From IMG/VR virus record IMGVR_UViG_2622736592_000004, positions 1-64,000 of that record: a DNA stretch of 64,000 nucleotides. One strand, given 5' to 3'. Shown here piece by piece: positions 10,992-19,742 of this stretch. Numbering within the stretch: the stretch's first letter is position 1; each line of letters begins with the position of its first letter. Both the position numbers and the translations under genes were made by a program. This DNA is from a virus (lineage: Duplodnaviria > Caudoviricetes). The notes under the pieces are model-generated. The model made no database searches. It was not told the origin of the DNA and worked only from the letters and a program-made list of their open reading frames with translations.

Positions 10992-11393
10992 ATGCGCTTT
11001 CCCAAGACTGCTACTGCCGCCGCCCTGCTCGCCGCTGTCGTGCTCGCCGGGTGCGGCAGTGACCAGCCGGCCACCTACGACAAGCCCGAAGACGTTGTCG
11101 CAGCCCTCGCCAAGGAGGGTGTCCGCTGCGCCCAGTACACGCCCATCCCGGAGCCGCAGAACGCTGTGGGGCGTGGCTCCTGCAACCTCGACGGGAAGCA
11201 GGTGATCGTCAGCGTGTACGCCACGGAGGCGGACGCTGAGGGGGAGCCGCAGCGGAAGCGGCAACTGTTGGGTGGCATGGATGTGCGAATGGTGGTGGGC
11301 GGGAATTGGACAATCACGTGTGTAGACGACGGGCAGTGCGGGCGGGTGGTGGAGGCGATCGGCGGGAAGACGGTGACTCTGCCGAAGCCGTGA
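10992..11393 (+). CDS. Lipoprotein (moron-like, opposite to surrounding operon)
   Basis: Signal peptide MRFPKTATAAALLAAVVLAG-C with lipobox LAGC; four further Cys. Confidence 0.8.
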   Translation: MRFPKTATAAALLAAVVLAGCGSDQPATYDKPEDVVAALAKEGVRCAQYTPIPEPQNAVGRGSCNLDGKQVIVSVYATEADAEGEPQRKRQLLGGMDVRMVVGGNWTITCVDDGQCGRVVEAIGGKTVTLPKP

Positions 11394-11404
11394 GGTGAGC
11401 GTGG

Positions 11405-11881
11405 TCATCGGGTCTGCCAGCTCTCGGCCCACGTCAGCAGCGGCTCCATGACAAGGCTGAGGTCGCCGCGCTTCCGGGCTACCGGCCCGTACTCGTCGAT
11501 CTGCTGCCAGCCCACCATGACGGTGCCGGCGGTGAACCGGTCGAGCCGGGGCGTGTAGCTGTTGAGGCGGATGCAGTGGTCGTTGACGGCCGTGACCTGG
11601 CCGATGACGGCACGGCGGTGGGTGAGCCCCAACGCGAGGACGTCGCCGGGGCGTACGGGCATATCCTCGTCACGCCAGCGGGGCGGACGGCTGCGGGGTG
11701 CGGTGGTGCGCTTCGCGGGCGTCCGGTCCTCGGCGAACAGCTCGCTCGGTGCCGGGTCGGGGCTGCGGGTGGCGGCGCGGCGCGGCTTCGAGGCGGGCGT
11801 GTTGGCGAACAGGCCGGTGGCGGGCATGTCGCCGGTGGGGGCGGGGGTGAGCATGTCGCGGTCGTCGCTGCGCTTGGTCAT
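11405..11881 (-). CDS. Hypothetical protein with possible SH3-like C-terminal domain
   Basis: GGAGG RBS; VRPGDVLAL...VIGQVTAVND beta-rich segment. Confidence 0.55.
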   Translation of the reverse strand: MTKRSDDRDMLTPAPTGDMPATGLFANTPASKPRRAATRSPDPAPSELFAEDRTPAKRTTAPRSRPPRWRDEDMPVRPGDVLALGLTHRRAVIGQVTAVNDHCIRLNSYTPRLDRFTAGTVMVGWQQIDEYGPVARKRGDLSLVMEPLLTWAESWQTR

Positions 11882-11909
11882 GGGCTACCTCCGTGGGTTG
11901 GGCGGGTGG

Positions 11910-12518
11910 TCAGCCTTGTTCGCCGTGCTCGAATCGGGCCGAACGGGCGGCACGGTAGGCGGCGTCCACTGCATGGTCCAGCTTCAGGTATGAGCCGTCC
12001 GCAGATTTGATCAGCTTGGCGGCTACCCGCTTGAGGCTGTCGTCGTTTAGGTGCAGAAAGCTGGGCATGCGGAGAACTCGGCTGGGTCCGATCGGCACCA
12101 CCCCCTCTGTGGGGGAGATGAACACGTACTGGATGTGAAGATGTCCGTCCAGGGAGGCGATGCGGCTGTGCCAGATGGGGTGTCCCGGTTCGGGGACGTC
12201 GCCGAGGAACAGGATGCCGTGGTGAATCTGCTCGGAGTTTTCGGTGGGCAGCTCACACGCGGCTACGGCGGTGCGGCATAGGTCGCGGGTGGTGAGTTTG
12301 CCTTTCACCTCTACCCACTGGTCGAAGTCGGGCAGGTAGAAGTCGGGCAGGTAGCGGTCGCCGGTGGACAGCTCGTAGCCCTCGGTTTCGTACTGCCAGG
12401 TGATGCCGAGGTTGTCGAAGAAGACTGCCCAGCGTGCCTCCAGCCGGGAGCGGAAGCGGCAGCCGGCGTACCTGGTTTCGATGGGCTTGGGTGCGGTCAT
12501 GTGGCCTCCGGTGGTCAT
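11910..12518 (-). CDS. PD-(D/E)XK family nuclease
   Basis: FRSRLEARWAVFFD..WQYE..YLPDFYL..WVEVKG. Confidence 0.85.
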   Translation of the reverse strand: MTTGGHMTAPKPIETRYAGCRFRSRLEARWAVFFDNLGITWQYETEGYELSTGDRYLPDFYLPDFDQWVEVKGKLTTRDLCRTAVAACELPTENSEQIHHGILFLGDVPEPGHPIWHSRIASLDGHLHIQYVFISPTEGVVPIGPSRVLRMPSFLHLNDDSLKRVAAKLIKSADGSYLKLDHAVDAAYRAARSARFEHGEQG

Positions 12519-13807
12519 ACGCGGGCGTTCCAGTCGATGTTGGGGTCGTGGGAGTTGGTGAGAATGCGGGTGCCGTCGGGGCGCTGGGTGTAGCCGGGTC
12601 GTAGGGGTTCTTTGGTTCGCTGGCTGGTGCGGGGTTGCTCGTTGCCGCGTGCGAGACGGTCGCTCCGGCAACCCCCGCAGCGGCGTGAGGGGAGTCCGGG
12701 GTGGGTGCGGCATTTGCCGCGTCCGTCGTTGGTGCAGTCGGGGCAGTCGGTGGTCTTCTCGGCGTCGCTCTCGTGCACAAGCCGGATGGTGACTTTGCCG
12801 GTGTCGCGGCAGGTAGCGCAGTGCAGGGCGGTGTCGTCGTCCGGTGCGGGCTCGTCGGCGTCCAGGGCGTCAAGGGCGTCTTGGATGTGCACGGTGAGGT
12901 CACCGGTGCTCTGGACTTTCCGCCACCAGCCGGGGCCCTTGTCGGGGAACTTGGCTTGCAGCCACGCGGACACGTCGGGTGCGCGGTCGACGGGGCATCC
13001 GGCTTCGACGACGAGCCGTTGATGCCAGGTGAGGTTTGGGTCTTCTGACTTAGTCGACTCGTCTCTCTCTCGATCGTCGGCGGGGTCGCACGGAGGTGGA
13101 ACGGACGTACGAGCAGAGAGAGAAGAGGGTTGGTTTTCTTCTTTACCGGGTTGGTGCTGGGTAGGTATAGCGGAACTGGTTGCCCCGTGACTCACCCCTC
13201 CATTGCCCCGTGACTCCTCAGTCGCGGGAACTGGTTGCCCCGTGTCTCCCGTGGCATCACCCAGACTCACGGGGGTGTTGGTGCCCCGTGACTCACGGGG
13301 GCGGCGTTGCCCTGTGCTCTTGTTGCGGTTCTTCTCCTTGACGGCCTCGATCTCGGCGTCGATCTCTTCCTTGCTGCGAACCTTGGCGATCTTGTCGAGA
13401 TCGTGGGGGACAGTAAGCCGGTACTCGCCACCGTTGCCCTCCCGCTCCGGGGTGGTCACGCCGCCGCCGCGCTGCACGAGGGTGAGCAGCTTGTAGGCGC
13501 ACAGGGTGCGAAGGATGCCCTTGGCCGTCTTGTAGTCGACCTCGCAGGACACGGCGATGCGTGCCGGCCCCAGGTAGACCTGACTGCCGTCAGCGTTGCC
13601 CCAGTAGGAGGCGCGGAATGCCACCCCCTTGAGGCTCTTGCCAGCGGGTCGCTTGATCGGCTTGCCAGCCGAGTCGACGAGTTCGGGGCTCTCGTCGAAG
13701 TCGATGCTGGTGACGATGCGCACCCACTCGTAGCTGCCGACTGCACGCCGGTCCGACTCCCTGCTCACGCGCGCCGCCGGGGGCTGCGTGGGGAAGTCAC
13801 GGGGCAC
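12515..13807 (-). CDS. Phage replication initiator (N-terminal wHTH, internal iterons, C-terminal Zn motifs)
   Basis: wHTH-like YLGPARIAVSCEVDYKTAKGILRTL; low-complexity linker encoded by direct repeats; CATC, CPDC and CGGC motifs. Confidence 0.7.
   Translation of the reverse strand: MPRDFPTQPPAARVSRESDRRAVGSYEWVRIVTSIDFDESPELVDSAGKPIKRPAGKSLKGVAFRASYWGNADGSQVYLGPARIAVSCEVDYKTAKGILRTLCAYKLLTLVQRGGGVTTPEREGNGGEYRLTVPHDLDKIAKVRSKEEIDAEIEAVKEKNRNKSTGQRRPRESRGTNTPVSLGDATGDTGQPVPATEESRGNGGVSHGATSSAIPTQHQPGKEENQPSSLSARTSVPPPCDPADDRERDESTKSEDPNLTWHQRLVVEAGCPVDRAPDVSAWLQAKFPDKGPGWWRKVQSTGDLTVHIQDALDALDADEPAPDDDTALHCATCRDTGKVTIRLVHESDAEKTTDCPDCTNDGRGKCRTHPGLPSRRCGGCRSDRLARGNEQPRTSQRTKEPLRPGYTQRPDGTRILTNSHDPNIDWNARV
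13172..13320. repeat. Iteron array / putative replication origin
   Basis: (T/G)TGCCCCGTGACTC-like units at 13180, 13203, 13235, 13281 and 13307. Confidence 0.75.
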
Positions 13808-13887
13808 TCAGTACCCTGTGTCATCAGCGGAGGTACCTCTCCGTTAGGGGCTGGGGCCTAGGCGTTGGCGCGCCTCCCGGCCCCGAC

Positions 13888-14148
13888 CTATTCCTGCGGT
13901 TGGCCGGTTGAGAAGCTCTGGCGCTTGCGGCGCTGGCGTTCGGCTGCGGCGCGGCGCATCTCTGCCCGCTGCTCCTCAGTCATCGCGTCCTGGCGGATCA
14001 TCTCTCGCGTCCGGTCCAGGGCCTTCGAGATGGCCGTCTGGGTTACGCCGTCGGCGAGGGCGGCCCGGAGGGTTTCGCGGTAGCGCTCCTCGGCGCGGCT
14101 GATCTCCTGGTACGCCTCGATCACGTCTTGCAAGCTGGTCACCTCCAT
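13888..14148 (-). CDS. Small HTH regulator at the main divergence point
   Basis: LRAALADGVTQTAISKALDRTREMIRQ. Confidence 0.7.
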   Translation of the reverse strand: MEVTSLQDVIEAYQEISRAEERYRETLRAALADGVTQTAISKALDRTREMIRQDAMTEEQRAEMRRAAAERQRRKRQSFSTGQPQE

Positions 14149-14157
14149 ATGGTCTGG

Positions 14158-14236
14158 GTTGCCCAATGTCATTGGCAACTCTGCCGAGAATTCTAGGCCA
14201 AGAACTCTTGACGATCAACCCGGGGTCGCCTAATGT
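14158..14236 (+). promoter_or_regulatory. Rightward sigma70-type promoter and imperfect palindrome
   Basis: TTGACG (14208-14213), 17 bp, TAATGT (14231-14236); GTTGCCCAATGTCATTGGCAAC at 14158-14179. Confidence 0.65.
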
Positions 14237-14308
14237 TCTAGTCATCGCCAAGCGGCAACGGAGGCAGCGCCAACTGCCACCGGAGCCCCGATCGGGAGGT
14301 ACCCCGAG

Positions 14309-14977
14309 ATGTCGAACGCTGTCATCAGCGTGCCCGGCCAGCAGGTCGTCACGACCGCCGGCCGGTACACCATCACCGCGCAGATCACGGTCGACGGCGG
14401 CCACAGCATCCACGTGATGCTCGGCCCCAACCCCGTCCCCGAGCTGTGCTTCTCCACCCCGGACCGCGCCACCGCCAGCCTCGCCTTCCGCACCATCGCC
14501 GAGGGCGGCGAGCAGGGCGTCAGCCCGGAGGGCATCCACCAGGCCCTCACCGACGCCCTCGTCCGCGACCTCAACGAGGTGCAGCGCCGCCGGGACAACG
14601 AGTCGGCCAGCCGCATCGAGCACATCAACCGGCTGCTCGACCGGCTGGAGTCGCCGGCCGACACCGCCGCCGTCGCCGAGCTGGTCAACCACGTCCGCCG
14701 CAACCTCGCGGACACGGTGCCCGCCGGCCGGCAGCCGCAGGTCACCCGCTCCCGCAGCGGCGTCGAGCACAAGCCGCTGTCCGCCCCCATGCGGCGGGCG
14801 CTCGACTCCCACCTCAACGGCGTCGTCTACCCGAGCGGCCGGATCATCCTCCGGGCCACGCTGCGGGCGCTTGCCGGACGGGGTCTCGGCATCCTGCACT
14901 ACGAGGGCACCCGCAAGCGGATCGTGTCGCTGGAGCTGAACAAGGCCGGGCGCGCCGCTGTGAAGGCGGTGGCCTGA
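14309..14977 (+). CDS. Hypothetical protein with possible C-terminal wHTH
   Basis: GGGAGG RBS; LSAPMRRAL...RATLRALAGRGL...LNKAG. Confidence 0.7.
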   Translation: MSNAVISVPGQQVVTTAGRYTITAQITVDGGHSIHVMLGPNPVPELCFSTPDRATASLAFRTIAEGGEQGVSPEGIHQALTDALVRDLNEVQRRRDNESASRIEHINRLLDRLESPADTAAVAELVNHVRRNLADTVPAGRQPQVTRSRSGVEHKPLSAPMRRALDSHLNGVVYPSGRIILRATLRALAGRGLGILHYEGTRKRIVSLELNKAGRAAVKAVA

Positions 14978-17900
14978 TGTTCACGATCGCCGAGATCACC
15001 GCCGCCGACCTGCTCACCACCGACTCCACCACCGTCGCCATCCACCCCGGCATGCCGTTCACCTGGGTTGGCTCCAAGACCGCCGCCCACCGGTACGCCG
15101 ACCACATCGACTGGACGGCCGTCACCAACCCCGAGGACGACGACACCCACGTGATCGTGGAGATCGGTGACGACGAGCGGGTGGCCCTGCCGAAGACGAT
15201 GACGCTGGTCGTGAAGGTGGTGGCGTGATGCTCGCCGACGTCCTCTACGACGAGATGTCCGACGACTACTACTTCGTGTGCCCGTGCGGGGCGACCGGCC
15301 CCGGTTGGATGCGATGGCAGGACGCCAACGGTGACGCCGGCCGGCACGAGCAGCAGCACGAGGACGGTGCCCGATGACCGCCCCCACCCTGACCCGGACC
15401 ACCTTCTTCATGCCCGACGAGCCTGCCTGGTGCGTCGGCTGCCGCACCCCTGACCCCGGTGTCATCGACCACTACTCCCGCACCTGGGAGGGCACAGACC
15501 TGTGTGAGGGCGCGTCGTGGCGCATCCAGGTCACCCAGCGGGTCCAGCAGGATTCGGCCGGTGCCGTCATCGAGGGGTTGGCGGTCATCGACGTGACCGG
15601 CGCGGAAGGAACGTACGGGTCTACGGTCGAGTTCGCCCGCGCCCTGCTCGCGGCGGAGGCGCTCAAGAACACGATCAACGCCGACCGTAGGCGGGATGTG
15701 TGATGGCGAAAGTTCTGCCCAGCGTCGGTGACGTGGTCGCCGTCGAGCGTCACGGCCGGCCCGGTGGTGGCACCGTCACCGCCGTCGACAGCATCGACGG
15801 TGACACGGTCGTCGAGGTGGATGTGGTCGGCGGTGACCGGTACTGCTGCGGTCCCGACGAGGTGACTGTGGTTCCGGCCCCGGCCGCCGGGCAGCGGTGG
15901 CGTTGCCTGACCGACCCGAGCCTTGTGCTGGTGGTCGAGTCGGCGGACGGTCCGCTGGCCGACTGCCTCACCTCCGCCGGTCGTCCGGTCGGGTCCGTGA
16001 TTCTGCCCGGCTGGTACGAGCTGCTCGGCGGTGACCTGTGACCGCCCCGGCGCAGGCGACCGCCCTTGCCCTGATCGCTGCCGGCGGGGTCGCCGCCGAC
16101 CAGCACGGCTCGATCTTCCTCCCGGACGGCGTGGACACGACGACGGTGGGGGAGGTGCGGCTGCTGGTGGTGATGGCGATCGCTCGGAGCCTCGCCTACC
16201 GCAACGCCGCCGCTGGCACGCCGGGTGTGTTTCCGGTGCTGCTGACCACGCTGGGGGAGGCGGTGCTGCGGCGCGGTAACCCCGCCGACTACGCCTCGAA
16301 GCACGCGTTCGGGGTTCGTGACGGCAAGGTGGAGGCGTCGGAGGTTCGGTCGTGAACGGGCCGTCCAGGTTCGCCCGCACGGAGGTGGTGGCGCAGGCTG
16401 CCGCACTCCAGCCGGCCGCGCTGGTGCTCGACCGGGCCCCGACCTTGGGCGCACCGCGCAACGAGCGGTACACGGCGCAGCGGCCCACCACCAAGGCCGG
16501 CACCCGGTGACCGCGAAGGTGGTTCGTCTCGACGACCAGCGGCGGCGCACCGACCGGGGCCGCGACGAGCAGGTGCTGATCGAGGCCGACCGGATCCGCG
16601 ACGGGCTCACGTCCCGCGACCAGAAGCAGGCCAACAACCGCAAGTAGACGTGGTGGCCCCGTCGAGGGGGCGGGGCCACCACACCCTCCCGCACCCTTTT
16701 CATCCCGCTTTGAGGAGAAATCATGTTCGCCAACGCGACCGCTCGCCGTCTTGCCCGCGCCTCCCGCACCACCGTCGCCGTCGACCTGGACTTCGAGGAC
16801 GGCACGGTCACCACCTTCCGCCCGGCGAAGCGTCCGGCCCGCCGCAACATCCGGCAGGCCGCGATCCGCGCCTCCCAGCTCGGTCTGACTGTCTGACCTG
16901 CCGGCGAGCCTGTCGGGCTGGGCCGCACCACCATCCCAGCCCGGCGGGGTCACCGCAGTGACCAGCAACCAACCCCACGGAGGAACCCCATGCGCCGATT
17001 CCGCTACTTCATCTCCTACGCCTTCACCACCCGCTCCGGGCACAGCGGCCACGGAAGCACCGAGCTTCAGCGGGACATGCCGATCCAGGGCTACGCGGAC
17101 GTGCAGAAGATCGCCGCCGAACTGGCGGAGATGGACAGGCTGGAGAAGGTCATCATCCTCAACTTCCAGTTGTTCCCGCAGCCTGTCGGCACCGAGCACC
17201 CGACCGCCAACCGATGACCGCCGAGCAGTCTGCCGTGTGCGGCCGATGCCACATCATGCCCGCCGCCGCGCTGCTGTGCACGGTCGCCGCCTGGCTGCCC
17301 CGCCTCGACGGCGGCCACGGGTTCGCCGTCTACGCCGGTGCCACGGCCGAGGATCTGCCCCGGCTGGTGGCCGCCGACCAAACCAACACGGTCGACCGGC
17401 TGACCTGGACGGCCCGTCGGGTGTACCGCAAGTACCAGCTCATCCGGGCCGCCGGCCTGCTGACCGGGTTCGCGGTCGTCTCCGCCGCCACCGTCGGCGG
17501 TATCGCGCTCGCCGTCCACCTGGCCGGCTAACCCACACCCAACCGAAAGGAGCCGTCATGGCGAAGAACAGCAGCGACAGCAGCAGGGCCGCCCAGGTGG
17601 GGCAGGTGATCCGGGCGACCGGTGACCTGTCCCCGAGCAAGCGCACCGTGGCCGTCGACCAGGCGCTCAACGGCAACACCCGCAGCAAGTAGCAAACGGC
17701 GGGACGCGGGAGCCCTCTGACAAGCCGCCCGCGCCCCGCCCAACCACACACCAAGCCGGGAGTAACCAGCTCCCGTGGCGGACCAACCCCCCGAAAGGAG
17801 CCGATCATGGCCAAGCGTACCTCCCAGGACGGCCGCGCCACCGACGCCGACCGGCGTCTCATGGCTGCGGTGGCGAGCGAGTCCCGCCCCTACACCGACC

Positions 17901-19108
17901 CGCGCGCCGACTACCCCATCGCCCGTACCGCCCGGAAGGCCCTCGCCGACGGTGCCGCCCGCGCCAAGGACGCCGCGTGAACGCCGGCCAGGACGCCGAC
18001 GAGCAGAACACCGCCGGCCTGCTGCACGCAGGGTTCGGCCTACTCGCCCGCCTCACCGGCGTGGTTGCTGCCGTCGCCGCCGTGGGGCTGCTCGCCGGCC
18101 TTACCGTCGCCCCGGACTGGAAGGTCCGATCCATCGCCGCCCTCGTCGTCTTCGGCGGTCTGTCGGTGCTGCTGAACGCGGTCAGCGTCGCCTACCGGCC
18201 GGAGGTGGAGCGGTGAACCAGAACGAGTGGTACCGGCAGCAGCGGATCGCCAGCAACCGGGAGAAGCGGCTGGCCACGATGGCGGAGGCACAGCGGCAGG
18301 CCGACGCTCGCAACGCCCAGCGCGACACGCAGGCCGCCCAGTGACGGCAGGACAGCAGGTTGCGGGGGTGGCCACCGACGGTCGCCCCCGCGCCACCCGC
18401 CGCCGGCCCGTCGAGTACACGCCCCGTCCTCGCCTCTGCCTGTGCGGCACCGACACCGACATCAGCCCGTGCCCCGCCAACTGCCCGACGAGGGAGACCC
18501 GATGACCCCGCCGCTGCTCAACGCCCCGCCCGCCCGCATCCACCGCCGCAGCATCCCGTCGACCGCAGGCAGCGCCCAGGCCGCCCAGGCCGAACGGCAC
18601 CGGGAAGCACTGGCCCGCAACGAGCCCGTCGTCGTCCGAGTGGACGGCTACGGGCGCGGCTGGTATGTGGAGGCCGTCGGCGACGGCCTCCACCTGTGGC
18701 GTGACGGGCAGACCCTCATCGCCGCCTGGACCGACGTGCCCCTCGGCCAGTAGGACTTTTGCCATGCCGTTCCTGCCCGCCCCGCAGCCCTGCTGGCTAA
18801 TTGAACAGGAAGGCGACTGGCTGGGGTGCGGGCGGGATTGGAATTTGGCCGTGTGGCTTTCCGTCCGCGTGTGGGGCGACGAGCTAGCGGCAGGGGCGCA
18901 AACCGTCGGCCCGCCGGTGATACGGCGGGCCGACGGTTTGTGTGTGCAGTTGTTGTGCGAAGCGTGCGGACGATGGTTGGCGGATCCGGAGACGCTGGCC
19001 CCGCTGCATGGGATGAGCAGAGACGACGTTCTGGGGCTGGCGTCTGAGTACGGGTGGATGGGGGAGAGGTGCCCCGGATGTCAGGATGCGCCGTATCCGC
19101 TGTGCTAA
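14977..19108 (+). other. Run of small rightward hypothetical genes (including membrane peptides 17214-17531 and 17977-18216)
   Basis: Codirectional short ORFs with RBSs and overlaps. Confidence 0.55.
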
Positions 19109-19452
19109 GCGAGCAAGGGTTCCTGGCTCGACCTGCACTCTTCACAGACGTGAGGGCATCCCCGCTGTTCCTTGATTCGAGCCGCGAAAGCGGGCGTTTG
19201 CCCAATGTTGTACATCGGGCGCTCACTCTCGATGGCAGCCTTCTCGGCGCTGAGCGCCTTGAATCGGGTTGGGTGCCAATCGACAGATTTGGTCGCCACC
19301 TGGGGCCACCATGGCTTGCGCCGTCGGTGGTCTGCCCATCGACTCTTCAGGTTGCAGGTGACGCCAACATAGAGGAGTGCGCCGTTGCGGTCGTACAGCC
19401 GGTAGGTAGCGGTCGGCCGATCGTAGACGTCGTGGATGCGGGGACTATTCAA
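19105..19452 (-). CDS. GIY-YIG nuclease family protein
   Basis: TYRLYDRNGALLYVGVT...R..H...E..AI..ERPMYN; TTG start overlaps the stop of the HTH gene. Confidence 0.85.
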   Translation of the reverse strand: MNSPRIHDVYDRPTATYRLYDRNGALLYVGVTCNLKSRWADHRRRKPWWPQVATKSVDWHPTRFKALSAEKAAIESERPMYNIGQTPAFAARIKEQRGCPHVCEECRSSQEPLLA

Positions 19453-19661
19453 GCCATCTTCCTTCCGAGGTGACGGTAGACCGTCTTGCGCTGTACCTGC
19501 GCTGTGTCGGCGATCCAACTGATGGGGATGCCCTGCTCGTCCGCCTTCACCATCAGTTCGTCGGCTTCCTTGTCGAGCTTCTTCCTGCGTCGGGCAAGGC
19601 GAGCCAGCGCGTCGAGGGTGGCCCGCTGGGTGTCGTCTGGCGTGAACGTTGGCCGTGGCAT
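19449..19661 (-). CDS. Small HTH DNA-binding protein (paralog of 3894..4148)
   Basis: PISWIADTAQVQRKTVYRHLG; TACTCT 6 nt before ATG (leaderless). Confidence 0.8.
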   Translation of the reverse strand: MPRPTFTPDDTQRATLDALARLARRRKKLDKEADELMVKADEQGIPISWIADTAQVQRKTVYRHLGRKMA

Positions 19662-19675
19662 GGGTAGAGAGTAAC

Positions 19676-19712
19676 TGTTCCCCTTGACACACTCAATCCT
19701 GGCAGTTAGTGT
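19676..19712 (+). promoter_or_regulatory. Rightward promoter
   Basis: TTGACA (19684-19689), 17 bp, TAGTGT (19707-19712), preceded by TGTTCCCC. Confidence 0.65.
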
Positions 19713-19742
19713 TTACATGTAGCCATAAAGAAGGGGGGTGCC

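Noticed and set aside
15472-17199. Long minus-strand ORF (575 aa) and similar long ORFs (2692-3948, 29114-30319, 30773-32365, 32097-33824)
   Set aside because: Shadow frames of high-GC coding DNA; Arg/Pro/Gly-rich with no motifs, and they overlap better-supported genes
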